A DNA stretch of 64,000 nt, from NCBI GenBank assembly GCA_030390025.1, contig CM059432.1, forward strand, positions 95,420,001-95,484,000, read 5' to 3'. The notes under the pieces were generated by a model. The model worked only from the letters and a program-made list of their open reading frames with translations. It had not been told where the DNA came from and searched no databases. Origin of the DNA: Squalus acanthias. Lineage: Eukaryota. Shown piece after piece: positions 39,277 to 50,834 of the stretch. Both the position numbers and the translations under genes were made by a program. Each line of letters opens with the position of its first letter. Position 1 is the stretch's first letter.

Positions 39277-42200
39277 ATGGCGGACACGAACGCAGTTTCT
39301 GTGAAACTGCCGGAGTTTTGGGAAAACCAGCCCGAAGCCTGGTTCCTCCAAGCCGAGTCCCGATTCCGGCTGCGACACATCACCACAGATGGGACGAAGT
39401 ACGACTACCTCGTCACATCACTCGGTAGCTCCACAGTTACGAAGGTCTGGACAGCGCTGCAGAACCCACCAGAGGAGGGCAAGTATGCACATCTTAAGGC
39501 CGCGCTCCTTAAAAAATTTACGGCCTCGACATACCAGCGAAACTGCCACCTCCTCGACCTTCCAGGCCTCGGTGATGCCTCATCGTCAGACCTCCTCTCC
39601 CACATGCTCTCCCTCACTGACGAGAGCCCACCCGGATCGTTCTTCCGCATGCTGTTCATCCGCCAGCTACCTCTCCGCATCCGCCCAGCGATTGTGGCGT
39701 CCGGCCTCACGGACCTGGAAGCCCTGGCCGATGAGGCCGACAAGCTGCTGTCCGCTCACTCCAGCCGCGACGTCACTCCGGACCTGGCAGCCACTGCCTG
39801 GGCGCGCCCCTCACCGGCCACCACGCGGCCACAAGGCCCAGCCACCGGGCTCACGGGGCCTTCGCGCCCCACTAACCCGGGCCACTGTTACTACCACGCA
39901 CAGATCGGTGCCAGGGCACAATGGTGCACACCTCCCTGCTCTTTCAAGTCCGCCCCCGTACCAGCCCCCGCAATGGCCGCGGGCCACGCGGGCTCCCTGC
40001 TGTACGTCACGGATGACAAAACAGGCCGCCGGTTCCTGTGCGACACTGGAGCTCAGCACAGCATCAACCCGGCCTCCGCCCTCGACATCCAAAAGGGCAA
40101 ATGAGGACCGGCGCTGGCTGCTGCTAACGGCTCAGACATCCGGACGTACGGCACCCGCATAGCCACCCTCGACCTCGCTGGTCGCCGCTACCGATGGGAG
40201 TTCATCACTGCCAAGGTGCTCTCCCCTCTCATCGGCGCAGCATTCCTGTGCGCCCACGGCCTACTGGTAGACATCCCTTGACACTGCCTCGTGGACATGA
40301 ACACCATGTCCCCCATCCTGGGTGCCATGGCCCCCCGTCAACCCGCCGACATGGCATCACAGTGCCACGCCCAGGCCACGGATGACTACTCGGCACTCCT
40401 GGCCGATTTCCCGGCCCTTACCAATCCGACCTTCTCCGTGGAGGCCACCAAACACGGGGTGGAACATTTCATCCCCACCACAGGCCCCCCAGTGTACGCC
40501 CACACCCGCAGGCTGGACCCGGCCAAACTGGAGATCGCGCGGACCGAGTTTGCCACCATGGAACAGCTCGGCATCATCCGCTGCTCCAACAGTCCCTGGG
40601 CCTCCCCACTCCACATCGCCCCCAAACCAGGCGGGGGTTGGCGCCCCTGCGGGGATTACCGCCGCCTCAACGACGCCACCACCCCTTATCGGTACCCCGT
40701 GCCGCACATCCAGGACTTCTCGGCTAGACTGGCCGGCCGCTCAGTCTTTTCCAAGGTCGACCCGGTGCGCGGCTACCACCAAGTCCCCGTCCACCCCGCG
40801 GACGTCCCCAAGACGGCCGTAATCACCCCCTTCGGCCTTTTCGAGTTCCTGTGGATGCCCTTCGGCCTCAAAAACGCGGCCCAGGCATTCCAACGGCTCA
40901 TGGACTCGGTCCTTCGGGACCTGAAGTTCCTGTTCGTCTACCTGGACGACATCCTGGTAGCCAGTTCCTCCAAGCAGGAACACCTCGAACACCTTCGCAT
41001 CCTGTTCGGGCGCCTCAGTGACCACGGGCTCATCCTCAGCCCAGCCAAATGCCAGTTCGGCCTGGACAAGATCGACTTCCTCAGCCACCACATCACCCAT
41101 GCTGGTGCCATTCCCCTGCCCACCAAGGTGCAGGCCGTCCAACAATTTCCCCGCCCCACCACCATCAAAGGCCTCCAGGAGTTCCTCGGGATGGTGAATT
41201 TCTACAACTGCTTCATCCCCAAAGCGGCGTCCCTCATGAGGCCCCTGTATGAAGCCCTCCGGGGCAGGAGTGGCAAGATGGCGGTCGAATGGACGGCAGA
41301 CGCGTCAGCCGCCTTCGACTCCACCAAGACCGCGCTCGCCAACGCCACCCTGCTCGCGCACCCACGGCCCAATGCCAGGGTAGCGCTCACCACGGACGCC
41401 TCCGACCACGCGGTCGGCGCCGTGTATGAGCAGTGGGTCGACGGCGCCTGGCAACCACTTGCCTTCTTCAGCCACCAACTACGCCCCCCGGAGGTCAAGT
41501 ACAGCACCTTCGACCGCAAGCTTCTCGCGCTGTTCCTGGCGGTCCGCCATTTTCGGTTTTTGCTGGAGGGCCACCCCTTCACTGCGTTTGTCGACCACAA
41601 ACCCCTGACATTCGCAATGGCAAAGACAACCGACCCCTGGTCCGCCAGGCAGCAGCGCCAGCTCGCGGCAGTGTCCGAGTTCACCACGGACATCCAACAC
41701 GTCTCCGGCCGAGACAATGTGGTAGCCAACTGCCTCTCCCGCCCCGCCATCCACGCCGCACACCTGGCAGTTGACTACGCTCAACTCGCAACAGACCAGA
41801 TCACCGACCCTGATCTGCTCTCCGCACCGACCAACCTACCAGGGCTACGCCTGGCCAACGTCGTCTATGGCCCGACCGCAGTCACGGTCAAGTGCAACAT
41901 ATCCCTATGTCAACCTCGGCCCGTCGTCCCAGCGTCCTGGCGCCGCCGGGTATTCGAGATTCTCCACAACTCCCACCCCGGCGCCCGCGCATCCATCAAA
42001 TTGGTAGCCAACCGTTTTGTCTGGCGCGGCCTTCGCAAGGATGTGCGTACTTGGGCCAACTGCTGCCTAGCCTGCCAACGGGCCAAGGTGCAGTAACACA
42101 CGAAAGCACCCCTCGAGGAGTTTACCGTCCCTTCGCGTAGATTCGACCACATCCACGTGGACATCGTCGGGCCCCTGCCACCGTCGCAAGACCTCCACGC

Positions 42201-42720
42201 ATCGGCAGCAGAGCTCGTGTACGGTCAGCCGCTGCGTGTACCCGGCGAGTTCCTGCCCACCGCCACGACACCCTGGTCAGCCGACCAGCAACGCCACGAC
42301 TTCGCCTCACCGGCGCTACAGTTCGCACCGGTGCCCATTGCCCGACACGGCGAATCCACCTCACACGTCCCACTAAGCCTGCAGCAGGCACGGTTCCTTT
42401 TCATCCGGCACGACGCCCACCGCAGACCCCTTCAACCCCCGTACAAAGGGCCCTACAAGGTGCTACAGGCTGGGGACAAATTTTTCACCCTGCAAGTGGG
42501 CGACAGGACCGAAAAAGTGTCGGTTGACCGACTCAAGCCAGCACACTCGGAGCCCGGTGAGCAGGTCCCTGTAGCTCGTCCACCGCCACGCGGCCGACCT
42601 GCCCTCAAGCCAGTTCACCCGGCTGCTCCACGACCGTCCGTTCCACGTCCACCGGCGTCCTACAAGAGCCGCTCCGGCCGGCCCATCAGACCGCCGCACC
42701 GTCTCGTCCACACCTCCTAA
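39277..42720 (+). pseudogene. Gypsy gag-pol (single frame, 3 in-frame stops, integrase core deleted)
   Basis: Gag KLPEFW..PEAWF and CYYH..G..A..C..PC; protease FLCDTGA; RT MPFGLKNA and YLDD; RNase H TTDAS and VDHKPL; integrase HHCC and HVDIVGPLP; GPY motif. All track ORFs share one frame. Confidence 0.92.
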
Positions 42721-42740
42721 GCGGATTCTGGGGGGAGCTG

Positions 42741-43018
42741 TGTGGCGGATCGCCACCTAAACGGGCGCAATCCACTTTTCCGTCCGTGGACAATAAATCG
42801 GGCACCTTGCCTTTAAGGCGCATGCTGCCTTTGAGGCATGAAAAAAGGAGTGGGCGTCGCCCTCAGTGTGAACTTAAAAAGAGCGGGCGTCGCCCTCAAC
42901 CAGTAGAGTTTTGCAGAGAGAAGTTGTAGCAGCCATTTTGCCAAGGAGTTTGTAATTAAAAGCCATGTGCTCCACATATTGACTCGGCCTCAATTCGTGC
43001 TTCGCGGCAGCCACAACA
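42741..43018 (+). repeat. 3' LTR (278 bp), preceded by a polypurine tract
   Basis: GGGGGGAG at 42730-42737, then TGTGGCGG...CCACAACA. Confidence 0.95.
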
Positions 43019-43783
43019 AAGTGCTCCACACTCCTTGCCAGTGATTCAATGCATTCGGGCACCCTTCCCACTGCACCCATGAGCTCAGTGTGCATGTCCA
43101 CCGCCTGGGTGTTCATTTCAGCGATGAGCCGCTCCTCCTCTGCGTCCAGTGCAGTATGACTCGCTGGCATACTCTCCCTCTGGGGAGAAGGCCCCCGAGC
43201 TTCCCTACCCCCATGGCATTGCTGCAGCCCGCTGGGTCCTGGAGCTTCACCCTCATCAGATCCTTCCCCCCCGCTCCCCTCCAGGGAAAGCGTGTTCCCA
43301 GTGTGGGCATGGGCTTCCTCAGGAGAGGGTGGCGCTGATGCTCCGCCTTCATCTTCCTCCTCGGCTGCAGCTTCACTCCCACTGGCAGCTTGAGGGCCCA
43401 TCTCCTCAGCTGGTGAATCGCCATCTGAAAGCAGGGAGGTACAAGAGTGGCTTTAGCGTGAGGACAGGGGGGCAGTAAGGGAGGAATGAGTGCAGCGATT
43501 TAGTAAGTTGGATTGAAAGTGTCAAAGGCTGGTGTTGTGAGGGACAAGTGGAAGGACAGAGGACAAAAAGGTGATGACCTTACCATTGCTGTCCAGAACG
43601 CGGTCGGCGTCTCCAGTGGCGACGGGACCGATCACCCAGCTTGCCACAATCCTGCGGATGCGCGCCTCAAGATCGCTGAGGGGTTGCAGCTGAGGCCGCC
43701 CTCCACCCGTCCATTGCTGCTGTCTCCTATTATGAGATAGCTTGGCCTGCAAGAAAAAGGACGGCGTCTGAGTAAATATACAG

Positions 43784-43891
43784 CCATGGTCTTGCCTGAT
43801 GTGCCTCCCATAGATGAATAGCCCTTACTGTATGCAACCATGGTCTTACCTGATGTGCCTCCCATAGGTGAATAGCCCTTACTGTATGCAA
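43784..43891 (+). repeat. 54-bp tandem duplication in Harbinger intron 1
   Basis: CCATGGTCTT(G/A)CCTGATGTGCCTCCCATAG(A/G)TGAATAGCCCTTACTGTATGCAA occurs twice. Confidence 0.85.
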
Positions 43892-44628
43892 AGTGTGGAA
43901 TGTGTGTGTGTGTTTCATGAGAGGGCCATAGGTGTTGGATGAGTGTTGTGCATTGGGGTTTTAAGACCCTCTGGCCATAGAGTGAGGTTGAGATGGAGTG
44001 ATGGAGAGGTATTGAAAAAAAGCCACTCACCCTGACGATCCGAGTGAGGTCGTTGAACTTTTTTCGATATTGTATATGGTTCCTGGGCACCATGCTCCTG
44101 GAGGAGACGCTCTGAGCCACCTCCCTCCACACTCTTCTGTACTCGCGCGGCAAAAGCCTCCTGCCACTCTCAGGGAAGAGTATAGATCTTCTGTGCTCCA
44201 CCGCGCCAACCAGAGCATCCAAGGCCCACTCGCTGAAGCGCTGAGCTCATTCTCTCACCCTCTCCATAGTCCTTGGCTGGAAGATTTAGGCACAGGTCTC
44301 TCCAGGCCGAGATTCAAGGCTCCAATGAGCAGGGTGTGGCTGGAGTGCAAGATCGACCCACCCCTTTAAGAACTGACCGGCGCCAGTGTGTCTGTGTTCC
44401 ATCGCTAACTGACAACAAATGCGCAGCGCCCGCGCTCTGAGTTAGCGCCTCGCTCCTCGGCCTTTGCGCCTTAAGACAGGTGTGTAGCGCCTGATTTAGC
44501 GCTCCAATCACCTCCAGGGGCGATAAAAGTCAAGTTTGCAGTCGGAGGCGATAATTAGCGCCAGGCGCCAATCTTTGCGCCCGGCCGATAATTGCGCCCC
44601 AAATGGGGCGATACTGAATTTCTCCCCC

Positions 44629-45780
44629 TATGTATTTAATTGGTCAGCCATTTCTTTGTTCCCCATTATAAATTCCCCTGATTCTGACTGCAAGGGACCT
44701 ACGCTTGACTTCACCAATCTTTTTCTCTTCACATATCTATAGAAGCTTTTACAGTCAGTTTTTATGTTCCCTGCAAGCTTACTCTCATACTCTATTTTCC
44801 CCTTCTTAATTAATCCCTTTGTCCTCCTTTGCTGAATCCTAAACTGCTCCCAATCCTCAGGTTTGCTGCTTTTTCTGGCCAATTTATATGTCCTCTCCTT
44901 GGATCTTATGCTATCCCTAATTTCCCTTGTTAGCCACGGTTGAGTCACCTTTTTTGTTTTATTTTTATGCCAAACAGGGATGAACAAATTCTGTAGTTCA
45001 TCCATGCGATCTTTAAATGTTTGCCATTGCCTATCCACCGTCAACCCTTTAAGTAACATTCCCCAATCCATCCTAGCCAACTCGCGCCTCATACCATTGT
45101 AGTTTCCTTTATTTAAATTCAGTACCCTAGTCTCTGAGTCAACTACTACTTCACTCTCCATCTTAATGAAGAATTCTATCATATTATGATCGCTCCTCCC
45201 CAAGGGGCCTCACACAAGATTGCTAATTAATCCTTTCTCATTACATAATACCAGTCTAAGATGGCCTGATCTTTAGTTGTTTCCTCGACATATTGGTCCA
45301 GGAAACCATCCCGTATACACTCTAGGAATTCCTCTTCCACAGTATTGTTACTAATTTGGTTAGCCCAATCTATATGTAGATTAAAGTCACCCATGATAAC
45401 TGCTGTGCCCTTATTGCACGCATCTCTAATTTCCTGTTTGGGGGTCTGTATACAACTCCCACTAACGTTTTCTGCCCCTTGGTATTTCTCAGCTCTGCCC
45501 ATACAGATTCCACATCACCAGAGCTATTATCCTTCCTTACTATTATGTTAATCTCCTCTTTAACCAGCAATGCTACCCCACCTCCTTTTCCTTTTTGCCT
45601 GTCCTTCCTGAATATTGAATACCCCTAGATGTTGAATTCCCAGCCTTGCTCACCCTGGAGCCCTGTCTCCATAATCCCAATTATATCATATCCGTTTACA
45701 TCTATTTGCGTAGCTAATTCATCCACCTTATTATGAATGCTCCTCGCATTAAGACACAAAGCCTTCAGGCTTGTTTTTTT
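44629..45780 (-). pseudogene. CR1 ORF2 APE endonuclease and linker portion
   Basis: LCLNARSI, DIIGI.ET, VVYRPPN, MGDFN, AILD and GRSDH, with frameshifts. Confidence 0.88.
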
Positions 45781-45936
45781 AACACTCTTAGACCTTTTAG
45801 AATTATTGTTTACTGTTTGATTTACACCCTTGATTTCTCTGATTTCCACTTTCGCTTTTCTCCTTCCTGTCTTTTGCTTCTATCCTTGCTTCCCTTTCCT
45901 CTGTCTCCCTGCACAGGTTCCTAACCCCCTGCCATT

Positions 45937-46886
45937 TTAGTTTAAACCCTCCCCAACAGCACTAGCAAACATTCCCCCTAGGACGTCGGTCCCGGTCCTG
46001 CCCAGGTGCAAACCGTCCAGTTTGTACTGGTTCCACCTCCCCCAGAACCAGCTCCAATGTCCCAGGAATTTGAATCCCTCCCCCTTGCACCATTCTTCTA
46101 GCCATGTATTCATCTGAAATATCCTTCTATTTCTACTCTGACTAGTACGTGGCACTGGTAGCAATCCTGAGATTACTACCTTTGAGGTCCTATTTTTTAA
46201 TTTACCTCCTAACTCCCTATATTCAGCTTTTAGTACCTCATCCCGTTTTTTACCTATATCGTTGGTACCTATATGCACCACGACAACTGGCTGTTCACCC
46301 TCCCCCTCCAGAATGCCCTGCAGCCGCTCCGAGACATCCTTGACCCTTGTACCAGGGAGGCAACATACCATCCTGGAGTCTCGTTTGCAGCCGCAGAAAC
46401 GCCTATCTATTCCCCTTACAATAGAATCCCCTATCACTATAGCTCTCCTGCTCTTTTCCCTCCCGTCCTGTGCAGCAGAACCACCCATGGTGCCAAGAAG
46501 TTGGTTGCTGCTGCCTTCCCCGATAAGCCATCCTCCTCAACAATATCCAAAGCGGTATATCTGTTTGAGAGGGGGTTGGCCACAGAGGACCCCTGCACTA
46601 CCTGCCTGCGCCTACTACTCTGCCTGGCGGTCACCTATTCCCTTCCTGCCTGTGCAGCCTTTACCTGCAGTGTGACCAACTCATTAAACGTGATATCCAT
46701 GATGTCCTCAGCATCGCGAATGCTCCAGTATGTATCCATTCGCAGCTCCAGCACCGCAATACGGTCTGCCAGTAGCTGCAGCTGGATACACTTCTCGCAC
46801 ACATGGTCAACAGGGACACAGGAAGTGTCCCTGATTTCCCACATAGTGCAGGAGGAGCATGCCACGGGGCCGAGCTGTGCTGCCAT
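45937..46886 (-). pseudogene. CR1 ORF1 (zinc finger, coiled coil and SGNH/GDSL esterase)
   Basis: CSSC...CEKC, LSNRYTAL, IGDSIVRG, HIGTND and DGLHL. One stop and one frameshift. Confidence 0.88.
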
Positions 46887-47299
46887 GACTTACCCTTTAA
46901 TTAATTTAAATTAAATTAAATCAAATCAATCCCACAAATTACACTACAATTAAATGATATAGTCAAGGGCCCTTGTTTACTAGCACTCCCCGCTACACAA
47001 CTGAGACCGTAGAAACTATAACCACAAAATTAAGACCTTCGAAACTTTATAAACTATTAACCTTAACTGTCAAACTATATAGTATAAATACTCACCTGGC
47101 CGTACTCACCCAATCAGCTGCTTCCTCTTGCCCGCGTCACTTTTTGAATCGTGACGTGGCTCTGGAACGCCGCCTGCCGGTCTGCGAGATTGGTAAGCCT
47201 CTGAAAAAAGCCCGCGAATGTGAGTTTAAATACTCACTGTACCGTCGCTCTCTCCGCTCCCGACACTGGCCTCTGAAAAAAGCCCGCGAAAGTGAGTTT

Positions 47300-47565
47300 T
47301 GCACCTGGTGTCATATTCAGGCAGGTCTATCAATGGGCGAGGAGCCCACTGCTTGAAACAGGCTGCTATACTATGCAAATCGGGGTCCAACATCGTTGTA
47401 GGCCCCAGATGCAAATTAGGTACAAATGGGAGGAGCTTACAGTGGTACTCGGCCTTGACTGGCCTAACCAATGGTCCTTAAAGTGATTGCTGGAGGCTGC
47501 TCAAAAAATAGCCACATAACCTTTTCAATGTTACATTTTTGTGGAACCAGAAGGAGCAGGAGTGG
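47300..47565. mobile_element. Harbinger-type MITE remnant
   Basis: ATGCAAATCGGGG, GGCCTAACCAATGG..CTTAAAG and GGAACCAGAAGGAGCAGGAGTG match the reverse complement of 18029-18647. Confidence 0.5.
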
Positions 47566-47604
47566 CATTTAAAGCTCCATTTGGCACCTGTGTGCTTCCA
47601 TTCA

Positions 47605-48470
47605 AAAAGCTTGTATCAGTAATGATGACCATGACACTACTGGATTGTCGTAAAAACCCATCTAGTTCACTAATGTCCTTTAGGGAAGGAAATCTGCCGT
47701 CCTTACCTGGTCTGGCCTATATGTGACTCCAGACCCAGCAATGTGGTTAACTCTTAACTGCTCTCTGAAATAGCCTAGCAAGCCACTCAGTTGTACCAAA
47801 CCGCTACAAAGAAGTATACTAAGAATAAAACCGGATGGACCACCCGGCATTGACCTGGGCACCATACACGACAAAGGTACACACAGCCCAGTCGACACTG
47901 CAAAGTCCTCCTCACTAAAATTGGGAGTGCTGTCCCACAGACTAGTCAAGCAACAGCCTGACATAGTCATACTCACAGAATCATACCTTTCAGCCAACAT
48001 CCCAGACTCCTCCATCACCATCCCTGGGTATGTCCTGTCCCACCGGCAGGACAGACCCACCAGAGGTGGCGGCACAGTGGTTTACAGTCGGGAGGGAGAG
48101 GCCCTGGGAGCCTCAACATTGACTCTGGACCCTATGAAGTCTCATGGCATCAGGTCAAACATGGGCAAGGAAACCTCCTACTGATTACCACCTAACGCCC
48201 TCACTCAGCTGATGAATCAGTGCTCGTCCATGTTGAACACCACTTGGAAGAAGCACTGAGGGTAGCAAAGGCGCAAAATGTACTCTGGGTGGGGGACTTC
48301 AATGTCCATCCTTGAACTCCCTCGCTAACAGCACTTTGGGAGTACTTTCACTACACGGACTGCAGCGGTTCAAGAAGGCGGTTCACCACCACCTTCTCAA
48401 GGGCAATTAGGGATGGGCAATAAATGCTGGTCTTGCCAGCGACGCCCACATCCCAGGAACAATTTTTTTT
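47605..48470 (+). mobile_element. LINE family B, internally deleted copy (SINE-like leader, APE start, 3' tail)
   Basis: Leader GAAGGAAATCTGCCGTCC...CAAGCCACTCAG, then PDIVILTESYL...GGGTVVY...GDFNVH, then a jump near 48310 to the family B 3' end. Confidence 0.75.
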
Positions 48471-49784
48471 TAATTCAATTGAGACCCGATGCCATTCTTG
48501 GCTGTACAGTAATGTACTCCTGTACTGTAATGTTTGTACAGTATTCACCTCCCTGTAGACAGAAACCACAGGAAATCTGAAGGAGTTTGGAAGGGACATC
48601 AAATGGCAGGAGGAAAATGGAGGAATATCCAGCAACAGACCCACACAATTACCAATTACAGTAAAATGCATAAAGGTCAACTCAAATTCATATAGCAAAA
48701 GTACCAAATCCACATAAACTGCATAGATATCACCCACCCTGCCAGACATACGCTGGAGAGGATGTGGTTGGAGTGACATGCTCTGATAACACCTTCTGAT
48801 TCTGCTCCTAAATCAAAACATTTTAGGAAGCAATCAGGGATGCCACAAAGGCCTCACCAGTATTGATTACCCATCGTCTCTGCTCGCTGGATCTGCTCCC
48901 AGCTCCACCAGAGATACATAGACTAGCACAACTCTCACTGCTAGCGACGTTGGCCAACTTTACCCCACCTGGTAGAAACATGGGGATTAAGCAACTTTTG
49001 GACATGTGGCAGTCAATGCATATGATGTACAGCCTCTGCCTAGAATTGAGAAAATATCAAACAGTCTGGACCTCCTTTCCGAAGACTCACAAAACAAGCC
49101 CCTACCCAGCTCACAACACCCACAATGGACCTCTGAAGAGGGAGATGTTGATTGATATCAGTCATACAATGACAGAATATTACCGTTAGCTGCTAGCCAT
49201 ACAAAAAGAGAGACCCAACCCCCCAAAAAAACCAAAAGGTAGGATAGCTCATGTGCACCTCTATCTAGCTGTGCTACTTCTCCCCCACCTGTACCCACCC
49301 TGACCCTGAAGCATGTTAAAATTATGTACAAACAGATTTAGATTTTATGTATTAATAGAGCATTCATTATTGAATATTTATAAAAAAATATTTTCAATGG
49401 TTATTAAGTGCCACATTGAGAAAAGGGGATGATTGAAAATGCCACCATGTATGGAAATCTGACTTTGCCATTGATTCGTAGGTCTGAATTGGTGGAAGCA
49501 CTGGGAGTTATTTTACTGCTGATAGAGGCATGCTACTTGAAGAAAGATGCTGCCATTGGGAAAAGGGATACTGTGAAGGAAAACTGTGCCTAACAAGCGA
49601 CTATGACTGATTGGCATCTTACTCGCTTTCCTTTCTGCAAGTGTCTGAAGGATTGTACACTAAAAACAGGTAACACACAGCAGGTCAGTCATCATCTGTG
49701 GAGAGAATAAACAAAGTTAACAATTTGGGCTTCACCTATATAAATACAAGTTGTTGATAATGATGAGGAGATGATCATTGCCTG

Positions 49785-50330
49785 TCAAGGACATTCAGCC
49801 TTGGATCTGCGGGTAAGCGTTCTCCAAGGCGGCCTTCGAGACACACGACAACGCAAAATCATCGAGCAGAAAGTTCCGCACCCATGAGGACGGCCTCAAC
49901 CGGGATCTTGGGTTCATGTCACGCTACATGACGTAGAGTCATCCAGACTCGAGTCGTCGTTGGCTTGTTCACAGCTGTGATTTCCAGTAAAAAAAGTAAA
50001 AATTTTAAAGTTTATGGTTTTCCATACAGACTGCAGCATTTGACACATTAGACCCCCTGTGACCCCACCTCATTGTCTCAGTTGTATCTTGCTATGTCTT
50101 TGATGTGGTGCCTTCCTGGCTGACCTGATTGTTCCTCTGCCGAGGTGTGACGAAAGGCAGTCAGAAGGATTAAATGTAGTCGTCTGACATTGTACGCTAC
50201 ACATGCATTGTTCTCTGTCTATATATGCTTTGCCGATTCGTATTCCTTCACTTCACCTGACGAAGGGGCAGCAGCTCCGAAAGCTTGTGATTTCAAATAA
50301 AACTGTTGGACTATAACCTGGTGTTGTGCG
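49785..50330 (+). mobile_element. Penelope-like element 3' fragments
   Basis: GHSALDLRVSVLQGG...RKIIEQK...F.TH.DGLNRDLGF resembles a GIY-YIG C-terminus. A hammerhead-like motif follows at 50253-50290, then AATAAA. Confidence 0.7.
50253..50290 (+). ncRNA. Putative minimal hammerhead ribozyme (Penelope type)
   Basis: UCAC-CUGACGA-A-GGGGC(AGCA)GCUCC-GAAAG-CUU-GUGA gives helix I UCAC:GUGA, helix II and a palindromic AAGCUU helix III. Confidence 0.6.
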
Positions 50331-50354
50331 ACTTCCCAAGAAATACAAGCCAAG

Positions 50355-50810
50355 GTTATGCAACTTGCCCTTCTTTATGCCTCGGTATCATTCTGGTGAA
50401 TTTGCGTTGTACCCCTTCCAAGGCCAATAAATCATTCCTGAGGTTCAGTGCCCAAAACTGAAGACAGTACTCCAGATGGGGTCTGACCAAGGCTTTATAC
50501 AGCTCAAGCATCACTTATTCCCTTTTGGAATCCAACCCACTTGAAATAAAGGTCAACAATTCCATTAGCCTTTTAAATTATTTTTTGTGCCTGCACACTA
50601 AGCTTTTAGTGATTTGTGTATATGGACACCTAAATCTCTTTGTTTCTCCACTCCTTCCAGTCTCTCACCATTAAGAATATATTCCAATTTGTCTTTCTCA
50701 GATCTACAGTGGATGACCTCACACTTCCTCACATTGAACTCCATTTGCCATAGTTTTTCCTATGCACAATCTATCTATGTCCCTTTGTAACTTCCTGCTT
50801 CCATCCACAT
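50355..50810 (-). mobile_element. Degenerate CR1 RT fragment
   Basis: Reverse strand retains WQMEFNV.KCEVIH and LEYCLQFWA-like segments. Confidence 0.65.
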
Positions 50811-50834
50811 ATTAATTTCTTAACATGCTATTTT

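Larger units (their letters stand above)
38959..43018 (+). mobile_element. Ty3/Gypsy LTR retrotransposon
   Basis: TG...CA LTRs, 4-bp TSD AAGT (38955-38958 and 43019-43022), PBS, PPT and gag-PR-RT-RH-IN domain order. Confidence 0.95.
38384..44267 (-). pseudogene. Harbinger Myb/SANT-like protein gene (exons 44267-44031, 43746-43584, 43424-43019 + 38954-38384), disrupted
   Basis: Canonical splice sites (GTGAGT, TTGCAG, GTAAG, TTTCAG) keep one frame. Motifs AQRFS..LDALV..VW.EVA..Q.RKKFNDL and TGGG. TGA at codon 7, and a Gypsy insertion in exon 3. Confidence 0.85.
36510..44628. mobile_element. PIF/Harbinger DNA transposon, full length with nested Gypsy
   Basis: TIRs GGGGGAAAAATTCAGT versus rc GGGGGAGAAATTCAGT (15/16). 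TAT TSD at 36507-36509 and 44629-44631. Excision restores CR1 ORF2 DQLNTYFGSVFTKE. Confidence 0.95.
34781..47299 (-). mobile_element. Near full-length CR1 LINE, interrupted by Harbinger and Gypsy insertions
   Basis: (CATAGAAA)n 3' tail at 34781, RT 34881-36509, APE/linker 44629-45780, ORF1 45937-46886 and a 5' UTR with a ~31-bp duplicated motif (~47197 and ~47269). Confidence 0.92.

Noticed and set aside
39389..42756. Numerous overlapping alternative-frame and antisense ORFs in the Gypsy
   Set aside because: They are expected from high GC content and have no recognisable motifs.
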